A stretch of DNA of 64,000 nucleotides from a virus (lineage: Duplodnaviria > Caudoviricetes): positions 32,001 to 96,000 of IMG/VR virus record IMGVR_UViG_3300029288_000056; one strand, written 5' to 3'. Shown one piece after another: positions 38,422 through 48,747 of this stretch (within the stretch, counting starts at the first letter, position 1; each line of letters begins with the position of its first letter). The notes below the pieces were generated by a model that was not told the DNA's origin, did not search any database, and saw nothing but the letters and a program-made list of their open reading frames with translations. A program made the translations under genes and the position numbers.

Positions 38422-39471
38422 TCAACTCCATAAATCATTTAACAGTTTTGTCGCATCTGCCCAGTCGCTATTTATTAACTTCCTAGCAAATGATTGAACG
38501 CTCATCTTAGTCTTACTAAGATGTGCCAAAAAATCATTAACATTAGGGTCGTAATGATGGGAGGCTACTGCTAGCTCAATCTGCCCAGCTATATCTCTTG
38601 CGACTGCGTCAACCATACCTTCCACGCTTTCCCGATTAGGTCCTCCGAATAATACAGAATGTAATATCTCATGCAGCAAAGCATATGACTCGCCGTTATC
38701 ATCTAGATCCTTCAATTTGATGTCATCAGTTACACAATTGTAAACACCTTTGGTCTCTAGATCCAGCCCCTCCTTATTTAGAACACTCCCCCATTTATCA
38801 GTGTTATAAATAGTCGTTTTTACATACTCAACTGATTTGCCTAAATATTGGGACACAACACCTATAAGGTATTGCATGGTGGGGCAAGTCTTTGGGACCA
38901 CTTGTTTCCCTTTAGAAACAAAGTCTGCTAACAAGAATCTTGTGAGTGATGCGGCTTTTTGTGTGAACGGATTCACTGACCACTCCTTATTATTGTACCA
39001 TTGTTCCATCGCTGCAAAACTATAGTCCCAAATATTGGCAATAATCTTATAGCAGTAAAGCATCTTGACCGGAATGAATAGATCTCCGTCTGTAAAGATG
39101 TTGTGGCTCTTAGTTAATATCTTCCCGTATATATCTCCAACGGGTACACCTTCCCAAATTTGTAGGTAGTTATTAGCGGATATAATATCGAAATCTATTA
39201 GATTAAAGCTTTCATCTGTATTGTACCCAAATAATGTCTTTGGTGGAGTGGCAAGTTGCCATCCTCTCTCGGTCTCCATAATCATTTGTTTTGCAATGGC
39301 CAATGGAACCTCATTAGAATAAAGAAAGTGTATAATTTCTATTTCCGTCTTAAAGAAATTATGAGAGTCATATAGCCCCTCCCCGCTATTTCTCCCACCA
39401 AGATAGGGGTGCCAATCATAATATGACTGCTTATCTGGAGTTTTGTCACGGTCTCCGCGTAAGAATTTCAT
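38422..39471 (-). CDS. Domain X, tag B, zincin
   Basis: AASLTRFLLA; LLHEILH..VEGMVD. Confidence 0.8.
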   Translation of the reverse strand: MKFLRGDRDKTPDKQSYYDWHPYLGGRNSGEGLYDSHNFFKTEIEIIHFLYSNEVPLAIAKQMIMETERGWQLATPPKTLFGYNTDESFNLIDFDIISANNYLQIWEGVPVGDIYGKILTKSHNIFTDGDLFIPVKMLYCYKIIANIWDYSFAAMEQWYNNKEWSVNPFTQKAASLTRFLLADFVSKGKQVVPKTCPTMQYLIGVVSQYLGKSVEYVKTTIYNTDKWGSVLNKEGLDLETKGVYNCVTDDIKLKDLDDNGESYALLHEILHSVLFGGPNRESVEGMVDAVARDIAGQIELAVASHHYDPNVNDFLAHLSKTKMSVQSFARKLINSDWADATKLLNDLWS

Positions 39472-40538
39472 CTTTGAAATTTCCTAACTTTCTCAATGGC
39501 GCTTATCTTTGAAGGGGATATTACCCCTCCGACCACTTGACGAATAAATTCCTGCATCGATAACCCTGTATACTGTTTGATTGCTTTTTTAGCTTGATTA
39601 GCTTCTTCAAAGTAAGTAAAATCGGCCGAGGGAATACCCTTATTCTTTCTTTGAATGTCTCTTGCCATAGCGTCTACAATTCCTTCATCATTGATATTAA
39701 ATTGATTGAGGGTTGCATGACATAATTCGTGAAGTAGAGAGTAATATTCTTGGTTTCCTCTCAGGTCTTTGATACCTATTTGTTGATCAACTCCTATTGT
39801 GAAGCCTGCTGTATGTTTAGGGTCTAGCGACCACCTTTCACAAAGGTCACCCCATTTTTTATCATTGGCAATTTTAATTACGTAGTAGCTCGATACACCA
39901 GCATAGTCAGTGATCAATTCTAACAAATATTTAACTGCGGGACAGGTTTCGGGGACTATCTGATATCCTGTGGATTGAAAGTCGGCTAATAAAAACTCCT
40001 GTAATGACGCACTCTTTTGTGTTTTAGCCCACTCCCATGGCGGGATAGACAGGTCAGTTTTCTTCCAAGCTTCCCATTCATCCCAATTGGCGTCCTCTGG
40101 CTCGTACGTTCTCAGTGGCGGAATCTTCCAAGAGCGAAGTAGTCTGATCGGAATGAACAGATCCCCATCCCAAACAGAATCTCGCCGTAGTCGAGAATAC
40201 TCGTCAATCCATGTTCCTTCCCACACTTGTAGGTAGCGACCAGCCTTATAGTAAGCTAAAATACTTAACGTATTCCATCCCTCAGGTCGCGTAGGATCTA
40301 CACATTGGCCAAATAGAAAACCTTCTCCAGCCGGCAATCCCCACCCTATTTCCGTTTTAATGACGTGTTCTTCAATATACTGCTTGTGCCGATCTCCGTA
40401 GGTGTGGACTAAATTATCAATGGCGGAATCTCGGGTGGGCCAGCTACTTTGCCAGTTTTCCTCTTGACCCCAGCCGCGATCATCATAGTAGCTTTGGGTG
40501 TCCACCGTCTCGTCTTTGTCTATGCGGAGAAACTTCAT
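39468..40538 (-). CDS. Domain X, tag B, zincin
   Basis: SASLQEFLLA; LLHELCH..DEGIVD. Confidence 0.8.
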   Translation of the reverse strand: MKFLRIDKDETVDTQSYYDDRGWGQEENWQSSWPTRDSAIDNLVHTYGDRHKQYIEEHVIKTEIGWGLPAGEGFLFGQCVDPTRPEGWNTLSILAYYKAGRYLQVWEGTWIDEYSRLRRDSVWDGDLFIPIRLLRSWKIPPLRTYEPEDANWDEWEAWKKTDLSIPPWEWAKTQKSASLQEFLLADFQSTGYQIVPETCPAVKYLLELITDYAGVSSYYVIKIANDKKWGDLCERWSLDPKHTAGFTIGVDQQIGIKDLRGNQEYYSLLHELCHATLNQFNINDEGIVDAMARDIQRKNKGIPSADFTYFEEANQAKKAIKQYTGLSMQEFIRQVVGGVISPSKISAIEKVRKFQR

Positions 40539-41044
40539 CAGTCTGTTTTGCCTGTTAAAAAGTCACGTAATTTAGACGCACTCATTGATTGGTGCTGTCT
40601 GTCATACTGTCTCTTGTACTCTAAGCCCTCTTCTACCCAGTCAGGATTTTGTTCCTTAATACGCGCAATGTGTTTACAGTCTACACGGGGCATATGGCGC
40701 GTCCATGCGGGGCAAGAACAACCCCATACCCCTTGATCCGAAAGAGAAATCGTATAGTAGCGTTTTCCATCACTAGACTCTACTTCCCACTGCTTAACCC
40801 ACGAACCAATAGGAGGCTCTGCGTTTAGTTGATAATCTTTTAAATCACCAATGGCTGCGTCCTCATTCCAAAACGGCTCACCACTCTCGTTTCTATATTC
40901 ATATCCACACTTTGGGCATGTCCATACATAAATCCCCTCAATCTTCTCACCTTGAAAACTTATAGGATTATGGCATTTAGGGCAAGACCATCCTCCATCT
41001 ATTCCCGGATGTAAAATAGGGTGTATACCATCATTCTTTTTCAT
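40538..41044 (-). CDS. Zinc ribbon plus SWIM zinc finger, C-terminal tag B
   Basis: CPKC x2; QLNA; CSCPAW..CKHI; ends SASKLRDFLTG. Confidence 0.8.
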   Translation of the reverse strand: MKKNDGIHPILHPGIDGGWSCPKCHNPISFQGEKIEGIYVWTCPKCGYEYRNESGEPFWNEDAAIGDLKDYQLNAEPPIGSWVKQWEVESSDGKRYYTISLSDQGVWGCSCPAWTRHMPRVDCKHIARIKEQNPDWVEEGLEYKRQYDRQHQSMSASKLRDFLTGKTD

Positions 41045-41307
41045 TTTATCTCCTTAATTTTATAAAGTATAACTGTCTTGTTCTTTCGGATCGTCTCTTT
41101 GCCCACGATCTGTCTCTCCATAACCTTCCACTTCTTACTGAAGGCGAAAAAGTGTTTCCCAAGAGCGTAACCGGGTGAGTCGCGTTTAATCCAATAGTCT
41201 CCGTGAAAATCGCGGCGAATTTCGAAGCCTTTCTTGCTTTGATATGCAAGAGGCATCTCGTTAAAAGCGGCTTCTAGCTGCTTGCGAGTGTCGTCTAATA
41301 TATTCAT
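41041..41307 (-). CDS. Small basic hypothetical
   Basis: TAATG-type start; leader ends QLEA. Confidence 0.6.
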   Translation of the reverse strand: MNILDDTRKQLEAAFNEMPLAYQSKKGFEIRRDFHGDYWIKRDSPGYALGKHFFAFSKKWKVMERQIVGKETIRKNKTVILYKIKEIK

Positions 41308-41838
41308 TTATTCTCCTTTAAACCATACAGGGAAATACTCTTGCTGCTCTCCCCACTGATTACATCGCATCACATTGAATTCGGGGAAAGCCTCAATAAC
41401 CGCTTGGCACAATCCCGGATAGCGCTTTGGATTAAAGTCGTGTCCCGAGATAATACCTTTCACTTTCGGTAACCAAGCCTCGATTTCTCGTTTGGTAGGT
41501 TCGTACTCGTGTGAAGTATCAATAAACACAAAGTCTATCGACCGATCTGCGTACAACTTAGCGGCTTCGACGCTATCATAGCCGTCATAGATGTTTCGGA
41601 TCACAGATTGAACGGGTTCTAGATTGGCCATGAAGTTTGAGCGCGGACATATATCAACAAGATCGAGAGTGATGCTTTTTCCCGAATTAATGATCTCTAC
41701 ACCTATAAATGCGGCAGACTGTCCGAACTGCACGCCTATTTCTACTCCATGGGCTTGCTGAGGTAGTTGTCTCACGAGCCACTCGTAGAATTGCGGAAAG
41801 GTGAAGTTACCTTTAATCTGCCGCCAGTAGTGTTCCAT
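41308..41838 (-). CDS. Class I SAM methyltransferase (Methyltransf_24-like)
   Basis: VEIGV..GQS, IDFVFID..H.YE, GHD. Confidence 0.85.
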   Translation of the reverse strand: MEHYWRQIKGNFTFPQFYEWLVRQLPQQAHGVEIGVQFGQSAAFIGVEIINSGKSITLDLVDICPRSNFMANLEPVQSVIRNIYDGYDSVEAAKLYADRSIDFVFIDTSHEYEPTKREIEAWLPKVKGIISGHDFNPKRYPGLCQAVIEAFPEFNVMRCNQWGEQQEYFPVWFKGE

Positions 41839-41903
41839 TATAATACCTTGATCAATATGATAGCAAGAATTACAACGATCAAGAATCCGATACCTATATA
41901 CAT
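41838..41903 (-). CDS. 21-aa single-TM peptide
   Basis: GAGGTG RBS; MYIGIGFLIVVILAIILIKVL; TAATG coupling. Confidence 0.55.
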   Translation of the reverse strand: MYIGIGFLIVVILAIILIKVL

Positions 41904-41928
41904 TTTCACCTCATTTGTATGATTCCGT

Positions 41929-42000
41929 TTATCTAGTGATTCTTCCTACGATAAATCCTAGAATAAAAAATACGACTCCGATCAAAATATAAGTTTCCAT
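41929..42000 (-). CDS. 23-aa single-TM peptide
   Basis: AAGGAGG RBS; METYILIGVVFFILGFIVGRITR. Confidence 0.6.
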   Translation of the reverse strand: METYILIGVVFFILGFIVGRITR

Positions 42001-42009
42001 AACGCCTCC

Positions 42010-42948
42010 TTATCCTGCACTCCATAGTTTTTCTGCAATTGAAAATATATATTCAGGTGAAAAAACTTCCTTTGTCAACATCCTTCTACCATTGTCTCTA
42101 GCCCTTATGATAATTTTATTTGTATTTACTTTCCACATTTCGACTGGGAATATTATCTTCTTTAGCCCAATATCCTCTCCTGTAACACCATACCTACTAT
42201 TTGTAACATCATCATCTCTAAATACCAATACATAATCTCCATACCTTAAAGCATATTGTAAATCCTTGGTTACAAACGAAGCATATAATCGCAACTCTAC
42301 GGCAGGCCATAATCCATTCCTAATGATACTCTGTGCGTTTTCTAATTTGCTCGTGCCGTGATACCAGTCGTTACCTTGGTGAGTATAAGCCTGTAACAGA
42401 AACTCGGTAAGTCTGGATTTAGACGCATTAAAAGGATTCACAGACCAAACGGCTTGGTTGAGCCAGCCTTTCAATCTATACATAAAATCATCCCATTCGT
42501 CAGAATATTCTTCAAACTTGTAGTTGGGGATTTTATAACAAGCTATCATCCGAACAGGGACGAACAAACTGCCAACACTTGTATCAAAATCAAAATCCTC
42601 ATTCGCAATTTTTCCCTCAAATACTTGAAGATACATATTTGGGCGGATAAACAAGTCCAGCATTGTGAGAATATCTCCAGATTCAGATGAGTCATCATCG
42701 ATAATATCGGTTAGAGAGATGCCAAACAACGACTTCGCTGGTGTTGCAAATTGCCAGCCATACCTCGTTTCGGTCAGTCTTTCGTTAATGGTCGCGTCAT
42801 CAATGCCGGACTTCCGTAAATACTCAATGGCTTTTTCTTTATTACTAAAGGCATTAGGCACGCCCCAATTTCCTGAACCCGCATCACCAACATCGTAATA
42901 ACTCTGATCGTCGGGGTTTGGATCTCTGTCTATTCGGAGAAAAATCAT
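42010..42948 (-). CDS. Domain X, tag B, YHGT-type ART-fold domain
   Basis: NASKSRLTEFLLQA; WYHGT..AQSIIRNGL..FVT..YA..YG. Confidence 0.8.
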   Translation of the reverse strand: MIFLRIDRDPNPDDQSYYDVGDAGSGNWGVPNAFSNKEKAIEYLRKSGIDDATINERLTETRYGWQFATPAKSLFGISLTDIIDDDSSESGDILTMLDLFIRPNMYLQVFEGKIANEDFDFDTSVGSLFVPVRMIACYKIPNYKFEEYSDEWDDFMYRLKGWLNQAVWSVNPFNASKSRLTEFLLQAYTHQGNDWYHGTSKLENAQSIIRNGLWPAVELRLYASFVTKDLQYALRYGDYVLVFRDDDVTNSRYGVTGEDIGLKKIIFPVEMWKVNTNKIIIRARDNGRRMLTKEVFSPEYIFSIAEKLWSAG

Positions 42949-43520
42949 GCTTCCACTATCCTAAACTGTGTTTTGCGGCCAAAGTTTAACGCGTATACAA
43001 AGTCGTCAAGGTCGCGGATCATCTTAAAGTACTGGCCTTTGTACATAAAACCTACCCACTCCGCGTCCTCTGTGATCATTCTTTGTAACGTACTCTTTAC
43101 GATTGGGGAGCTAAGCATCTCCTCAGCCTCGGGCGCGTTGCCACAAAACATACTAACCGTTCTAGAGTCTTTGCCCGATTGAGAAACCTCGCGGCCTGAA
43201 TTGTCTATATAGAATGTCTTTGTACGATCTACGCCTCGGTTTTTATACTCCTCAGCCTTAAATACGGCGATAACGACACGGTCTATACCCAGTTGCCGTC
43301 TCACAATCCTGTAATCGTTGCCATTAGCAAATATTCCGTCAGCCTGTCCATAAGAAAAGGCATGGCTTATACCAAGGTTAACTCTCTTGTCGTTCGTGAT
43401 AGCGTCTGCTTCTTCTTGCGACATGTAAAAACGGACCTCAACGTCGTAGTCCCGACCACCCGTCTTAAAGGGAAGCCGTTTCGTCACGAAGGCGTTAAGT
43501 AAGAATTGGAGTAGGCTCAT
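42945..43520 (-). CDS. Hypothetical, tag B
   Basis: MSLLQFLLNA. Confidence 0.75.
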   Translation of the reverse strand: MSLLQFLLNAFVTKRLPFKTGGRDYDVEVRFYMSQEEADAITNDKRVNLGISHAFSYGQADGIFANGNDYRIVRRQLGIDRVVIAVFKAEEYKNRGVDRTKTFYIDNSGREVSQSGKDSRTVSMFCGNAPEAEEMLSSPIVKSTLQRMITEDAEWVGFMYKGQYFKMIRDLDDFVYALNFGRKTQFRIVEA

Positions 43521-43521
43521 A

Positions 43522-43590
43522 TTACCTCATAAATATAAAGGCTAGTACGACTATTATAACAGCTGCCACGATAAAAATAACGTATCCCAT
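43522..43590 (-). CDS. 22-aa single-TM peptide
   Basis: AGGAG RBS; MGYVIFIVAAVIIVVLAFIFMR. Confidence 0.55.
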   Translation of the reverse strand: MGYVIFIVAAVIIVVLAFIFMR

Positions 43591-43742
43591 TATTTCTCCT
43601 GATTAGATTCGCCAAGTTTAAAGTATATTGGCTTGATAGATTCGCCATTCTCATCTTTATCACAATGACAAACCATTGGCATAAAAGGTATCATCTCTTT
43701 CATGTCTTTTACTCCACAGCACTTACAACATTTATCGTTCAT
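43590..43742 (-). CDS. 50-aa Cys-rich peptide
   Basis: MNDKCCKCCG..VCHCD; coupled on both sides. Confidence 0.5.
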   Translation of the reverse strand: MNDKCCKCCGVKDMKEMIPFMPMVCHCDKDENGESIKPIYFKLGESNQEK

Positions 43743-44728
43743 TCTCTCCTCCAATACAGAGTTGCCAAATCAAAGAAATTGGAACAATCAGGTGTTAGTT
43801 GGTCTGCTAGGTTGCGGTCAAATTGCCAACATTCAGAAACAGGGACATTTCCTAATGCCTTTATAACCGTTATATCTATATCTTGTGGGAGAATCATTCC
43901 AGATCGCATTTTACGGGTTTTAATATTTTCATCCAAATCCGCTATTTTAATAACAAATAAATATCCATATCTACCAAAGTTATTAATGGTTCTTGGAATG
44001 ATTTTTTCAATAAAGTTTTTTGGTCTTTTAAATAAATCAACGTCATACGGATTAAAACAAAAGATAACAGGAATAAGTAGATCGTCATCCAAAAAGCTCA
44101 TCAACCTTGCGCCCCCATAATCTTGACCCAAATAGCCGTCACTTATAATACTATCTGCATTTTCTTTGGTAGGAGTGCCGTGATAGAATTCAGAAGGAGA
44201 GCGTTGCCAAGCCAATAAAAAGTCGGTCAGTTTACTTGCACTCAACGACTCGAGCGCACTGAGATCCACATAGCTGATCTTCTCCCTCAGCGTCGGAAGG
44301 TCTACCCAAATGATCTGATCAACCTCTGGTAGGATGGTCTCGAGGTAGTCGAAATAACTGTGGCAAAACAGCGGCAAAGCCGTTATGTCTTCGAGTGCCT
44401 TTACGACGAACATCTTATAGTCTTTTCTCTTCGTGCCCCATTCAATCACAAGATCTGTCTTCTCATAACGAACCGTGCTCAAGTCTATGCCGGTTTCTTC
44501 CTCTAGCTCCCTGACTGCGGTATCCCACTCAGTCTCGTCGTTGTGGTGTTCACCCTTAGGAAACGACCAGCCATATTCCTCGCCCAAGTTTGTGGCGTGA
44601 ACAATCAGGTACTTGCCGTTAGAGATCAGCAGTATCCCAAGCGAAAATGGTCTAGTCGCTTCCGCGCTCTTACGTCGGCGTCTGCGGCGTCGCTTCTGAA
44701 CGATAAATTCGTTAGTTAGTTGTTCCAT
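43739..44728 (-). CDS. NUDIX hydrolase, tag B, YHGT-type ART-fold domain
   Basis: Nudix box GEHHNDETEWDTAVRELEEETGI; SASKLTDFLLA; FYHGT; N-terminal poly-Arg. Confidence 0.85.
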   Translation of the reverse strand: MEQLTNEFIVQKRRRRRRRKSAEATRPFSLGILLISNGKYLIVHATNLGEEYGWSFPKGEHHNDETEWDTAVRELEEETGIDLSTVRYEKTDLVIEWGTKRKDYKMFVVKALEDITALPLFCHSYFDYLETILPEVDQIIWVDLPTLREKISYVDLSALESLSASKLTDFLLAWQRSPSEFYHGTPTKENADSIISDGYLGQDYGGARLMSFLDDDLLIPVIFCFNPYDVDLFKRPKNFIEKIIPRTINNFGRYGYLFVIKIADLDENIKTRKMRSGMILPQDIDITVIKALGNVPVSECWQFDRNLADQLTPDCSNFFDLATLYWRRE

Positions 44729-44780
44729 ATCTCCGGCTTATCCCATCTCGCAGTAACATCTATGAAGCCCAAGTTTTGTA

Positions 44781-45362
44781 CTATAATTTCATAAACACGA
44801 TCTTCGCGAGTTTATGAAGATCCGACACTAGTAGTTGCCCGAACTGTTGCGGCGTCATACCTACTGTGTTTAAGATAAGATTCATTTGGTGACCTACAAG
44901 TGTGGGTTCTGTGGCTGTAAGTTGCAGCGATTTATTAACCCCTCCAATAGTGACGTTATTTTTAGTCGCTATATCCTCGGTAAAGAGGTGTGTCCATCCT
45001 TCTACATCAGGGGAATTATACATAAGCCATGGCATGCCGATTGTCTTATTCAGTAGTGCGTGAATAAACTCGTGAATAAGGGACTTTGTTACGGGGAATT
45101 GCTCAGGTCTGTATGATCCTATCCATAATCTATTGTCGTTGCTGGGCACACGAGTACCCAAAGTTCCACCACTTTCAGGGTCTAGGCCCTCCTTTATCCA
45201 CTCCTCTTCTGTTGTTATAGTTTTCCAAATGTCGTCCTTAATATAGCCCGACAGATCAATCCCGAAGTACTCCTCTACCATGCGCTCAACCTCTAAGAAG
45301 CAGGCGCCATTAGTGGATAGCGTCATAATCTCTGCAAGTAAGAAGTCGGTTAATTTATTCAA
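44781..45362 (-). CDS. Zincin, tag B
   Basis: MNKLTDFLLA; LIHEFIH..VEGWT. Confidence 0.8.
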   Translation of the reverse strand: MNKLTDFLLAEIMTLSTNGACFLEVERMVEEYFGIDLSGYIKDDIWKTITTEEEWIKEGLDPESGGTLGTRVPSNDNRLWIGSYRPEQFPVTKSLIHEFIHALLNKTIGMPWLMYNSPDVEGWTHLFTEDIATKNNVTIGGVNKSLQLTATEPTLVGHQMNLILNTVGMTPQQFGQLLVSDLHKLAKIVFMKL

Positions 45363-46398
45363 TTCCTAATTCCCTTTCGATCTTTAGTGCATTCTCAATC
45401 AGCGGATCCGCAATACAAGGACCGTTGATTTTATAAAAGTAGTTACGATAAGGCGTGGCTGGGTACTTCTTAGGTCGGATCGGCGTCATCCTAAATGTCC
45501 TGTCGTTCTGCGCTTGAGCGTAGAACCTACGCCAAACAGCTCTCGCCTCGTTGCTCAGGTCTCCCTTGTATTGGTCTGGACAAATTCCGTTAGGCATTAG
45601 CTTCATTGCTGCCGCATAGACGTAAGGACCGTAGCCGCCGCCGCCATACCGATTTAGATAAGCATACTTAACCTCACCGTAATCATCTGTTTCTAGAAAA
45701 CCATTTTTGATCTCGTCTAGTAAAAGCATAAGAGTATGGGCGTTTATTGTGCTAAAAATACCCATTTCACCCTTGGTGATTTTGTTAAAGCAATCCAGTA
45801 CAAGTATGAAGTTCGTTTCGTCAAGATGAAAAATAGCCGCGTTGGTCGGGTCACCAAGCGACGCGCTGAGCGGTTCGATCAGGAATTCGGTCAGCCGACT
45901 GGCAGTCTTCCAAGGCGGAGTCAGGTAGTCGGTTCCGTATTGCATCCAATCCATTATTTCTCCATAATAAACACGAAGGTTATCGGGTATTTCCCAACAA
46001 GCCAACATTTTGATCGGCATAAACAGGTCGCCGTCAGTTGGCTCGTCTTTCCTTAGTGGATTATAGTCGTTAAACCAAATGCCGTCCCAAACCTGCAGGT
46101 AGCGGCCGGGTTTCCAGTATTCGAATAATCCCGCTACGGCAGAAGTGAGACTCTCATTATTCCATCTAACTCCGAATAGTCCACCGGCTTTTAAACCCCA
46201 AATCGGCGTATCACCGTTGTATCCGGTTATCTCAATGTTTTTATCCAGCCATTCCAAGTCTTTACGATCCAACACGTAAGTGCGAGACAATGCGGCGTAA
46301 GCTTCGGACTTGGTCTTGAATCCCGAATAACCTGTTCCCGCATCGTAGTAACTGTGCGGGTCGGGAGTTGCATCTTTGTCAATACGGATGAAGATCAT
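45355..46398 (-). CDS. Domain X, tag B, GNAT-like domain
   Basis: TASRLTEFLIEPLSA; YGPYVYAAAM..CPDQ..LSNEARAVWRRFY. Confidence 0.8.
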   Translation of the reverse strand: MIFIRIDKDATPDPHSYYDAGTGYSGFKTKSEAYAALSRTYVLDRKDLEWLDKNIEITGYNGDTPIWGLKAGGLFGVRWNNESLTSAVAGLFEYWKPGRYLQVWDGIWFNDYNPLRKDEPTDGDLFMPIKMLACWEIPDNLRVYYGEIMDWMQYGTDYLTPPWKTASRLTEFLIEPLSASLGDPTNAAIFHLDETNFILVLDCFNKITKGEMGIFSTINAHTLMLLLDEIKNGFLETDDYGEVKYAYLNRYGGGGYGPYVYAAAMKLMPNGICPDQYKGDLSNEARAVWRRFYAQAQNDRTFRMTPIRPKKYPATPYRNYFYKINGPCIADPLIENALKIERELGIE

Positions 46399-46970
46399 AA
46401 TACCATTCTTAAAAAGTAATCTATAATGTACCATTTATTTAATGGCCAGCCTAAAGACTGTTCAAATTCTTTCCCATTAGCATAAGCAGCGGAGGTGTCT
46501 ATTTCGTCGGTCTTCACTTGATACTTGAAGCGGATTGGATCTGTTGAATCAATTTTATCATATCGCACGTCTCGTATTTCTCTTATTATATTTGAAGACG
46601 GATTTAAGGAGTCGTCGTAAAAGCGCTGCCATACAGCCTTTGCGTCGGATGAGGAATAGCTATTACTTGACGAGAGCCAAAAGCCACTCTTCGTTAATTC
46701 CTGCATCGCAATGATGTAAAGCGGAGGCCCGTAACCGGACTCTGCGTACGACTCACCTACCGAATATCTGTTGCCGTCCGTCTTGCAGACCGTTATGGCC
46801 CCGACCACAGCACCACGGAGTGTCTCGTAAGCTTCAGGATATGGTACCTTAACCGGTCTCATTAGGCAGTAGGCGTAAACACCGTCTTCGATCTGAACAA
46901 ACGTCTTGAACAACATCAAGTCGTTGATTGGTTTATAAGATGCGTTCAGAAATTGCGATAACTTACCCAC
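46395..46970 (-). CDS. GNAT-like, tag B
   Basis: MGKLSQFLNA; GYGPPLY..SSDAKAVWQRFY. Confidence 0.75.
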   Translation of the reverse strand: MGKLSQFLNASYKPINDLMLFKTFVQIEDGVYAYCLMRPVKVPYPEAYETLRGAVVGAITVCKTDGNRYSVGESYAESGYGPPLYIIAMQELTKSGFWLSSSNSYSSSDAKAVWQRFYDDSLNPSSNIIREIRDVRYDKIDSTDPIRFKYQVKTDEIDTSAAYANGKEFEQSLGWPLNKWYIIDYFLRMVL

Positions 46971-47312
46971 CTATTCTAGAAACCTCCAAAAGTGTTCTTC
47001 ATCTTTAACTATTTCGGACTGAAGTCTTTCGATGTCGGGTGACGGCGTTCTTACACTCACATAGATGTGGTCAGTAAGTTTGTGTCCTTGGTACCAGTTC
47101 GCGAACCCTTGGCCATAAAGGCCTTCCACGGTGCCCATCATCTCATTGTAGTGTCTCGCGCTCCAAAGCATAATCTGCCCATGGTCTATTTCGGATACCA
47201 TCCATATTCCACCGTTATCCCAGTCATACCCGATGTCGCTAAGCCCGTGTAGGTTTAACCAAGCCTCAAGCTCTTGCCAAGATGCAGAGAGAAAAAACGC
47301 CAATCTGTTCAT
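46971..47312 (-). CDS. Hypothetical, tag B
   Basis: MNRLAFFLSA. Confidence 0.7.
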   Translation of the reverse strand: MNRLAFFLSASWQELEAWLNLHGLSDIGYDWDNGGIWMVSEIDHGQIMLWSARHYNEMMGTVEGLYGQGFANWYQGHKLTDHIYVSVRTPSPDIERLQSEIVKDEEHFWRFLE

Positions 47313-47461
47313 TGATCCTCCAATAAGATCCTATACATAATGTCTTCGTTGAATATAACCATATCATAATCAGCGGAGCGTTCGTCTTCTGGCATCACCC
47401 AAAAGACGGGGTTATCTTCTATAATAAAGTCTTCCGATAAAAAATCAAAAAGATCGTTCAT
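47309..47461 (-). CDS. 50-aa acidic peptide with tag-B-like start (not in ORF track)
   Basis: AAGGA RBS; MNDLFDFLSE..; ATGA coupling to next gene. Confidence 0.55.
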   Translation of the reverse strand: MNDLFDFLSEDFIIEDNPVFWVMPEDERSADYDMVIFNEDIMYRILLEDQ

Positions 47462-47930
47462 TGTTTCCTTTACTAGCAGCGATTTGCTGCTCGTTTTTCC
47501 AGTATAGGGTAGCTATACTGAAGAAGTTGGAACAATCCCACTCTAACTCCTCCTGTTTCCTTCGGTCAATCTGCCAACATTCATTTACCGCGAGCGCATC
47601 GTTAGATTCGTAAGTGAGGTTATCAACTGGATACGGCGTCGGAATCAGCCGTTCTTGCGGCGGATAGAGAGTAAAGACGTAGCCGTAAGGGCCATAGTCC
47701 TGCATGTACCACGTTAAGTCCTGAATTTCGCCAGTCACCCAGTTTGTGCTACCGCACAACGCGAAGGAGACCGGCACCCTAATATCGTGCGCGGTGTAAA
47801 GCTTACCCTCATTGGGGATAACTTGGCCTTGTCTAATAATGGAGTCGGCCTTTTCTTTCGCAGGTGTCCCGTGGTAGAACTCGTCAGGAACACGGCGATA
47901 GCTTAGTAGGAAATTAAGAAGCTCGTGCAT
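47445..47930 (-). CDS. YHGT-type ART-fold protein, tag B
   Basis: MHELLNFLLS; FYHGT; ECWQ..DCSNFF.ATLYW. Confidence 0.75.
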   Translation of the reverse strand: MHELLNFLLSYRRVPDEFYHGTPAKEKADSIIRQGQVIPNEGKLYTAHDIRVPVSFALCGSTNWVTGEIQDLTWYMQDYGPYGYVFTLYPPQERLIPTPYPVDNLTYESNDALAVNECWQIDRRKQEELEWDCSNFFSIATLYWKNEQQIAASKGNNERSF

Positions 47931-48747
47931 AGGTCTCTATAAAGGTTATGATATGTCTATAATAACGGTCTAAGGTAGATAACGCTTCTTCTGTTGAGTG
48001 GGCGTCATTTTCATGATCGTTGATTTGCACCCCACCATGCCCAGCCACGAGAGTGATTATAAAATCTGGAGCGTAGAAGTTAACCGTGATATCAAAATAA
48101 AATTCTCTACCCCTGTAATATAAGGTCTGTTGTAATCTAGTGCCATATAAAGATAGTGCGCCTTCGTCACGATCTTTCAAGAAAATATTTAACGCTTCCT
48201 GTATATCACCCAACTTTTTAACGACCTCGAGAGGCATTGCGTTAGCTTCTTCCCGTTGTGCGACCTCTACAGTATAAGTGCCACCTTTAAGTATACACTC
48301 ACCTTCGTGAGTAAAACGGCTGTTACTATTGTAAAAACGCATATTGTACAACGGGGCTAAGATGTCGGACGGTTTAGCGGCAACCTTGTATATTATTCCA
48401 AGGTATTCATCATCGACTCTGCCAGTAAACCTAGATGCAGAATTCTCATCTATGGACCACGAGGTGGCTCTAGGAAAAGTTACAGTGCCTGTTATCCCTT
48501 TTACCAATTCTGTCAGTGAATTCACGCCGAACGACTTAGAAATAGTCAACAGCCCATTCTTGCCAGTGGTTTCTAAGATTATTTCACCACGATATAGGTT
48601 AATAGGTGAAGTAGGTAAGTACTGCGCAATTCTCTTTGCATCGTCGTCATCCCAAAATGACTCAATATCATAAGGGCTGTTTAGCCACCGTCTCAACTTG
48701 GCCATCCAATCTGAACTCGCTAAGAGTAAGAAGTTTTGCAGACTCAT
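47914..48747 (-). CDS. R-S-E-type ADP-ribosyltransferase, tag B
   Basis: MSLQNFLLLA; LYRG, TSWS, EGECIL. Confidence 0.8.
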   Translation of the reverse strand: MSLQNFLLLASSDWMAKLRRWLNSPYDIESFWDDDDAKRIAQYLPTSPINLYRGEIILETTGKNGLLTISKSFGVNSLTELVKGITGTVTFPRATSWSIDENSASRFTGRVDDEYLGIIYKVAAKPSDILAPLYNMRFYNSNSRFTHEGECILKGGTYTVEVAQREEANAMPLEVVKKLGDIQEALNIFLKDRDEGALSLYGTRLQQTLYYRGREFYFDITVNFYAPDFIITLVAGHGGVQINDHENDAHSTEEALSTLDRYYRHIITFIETYARAS

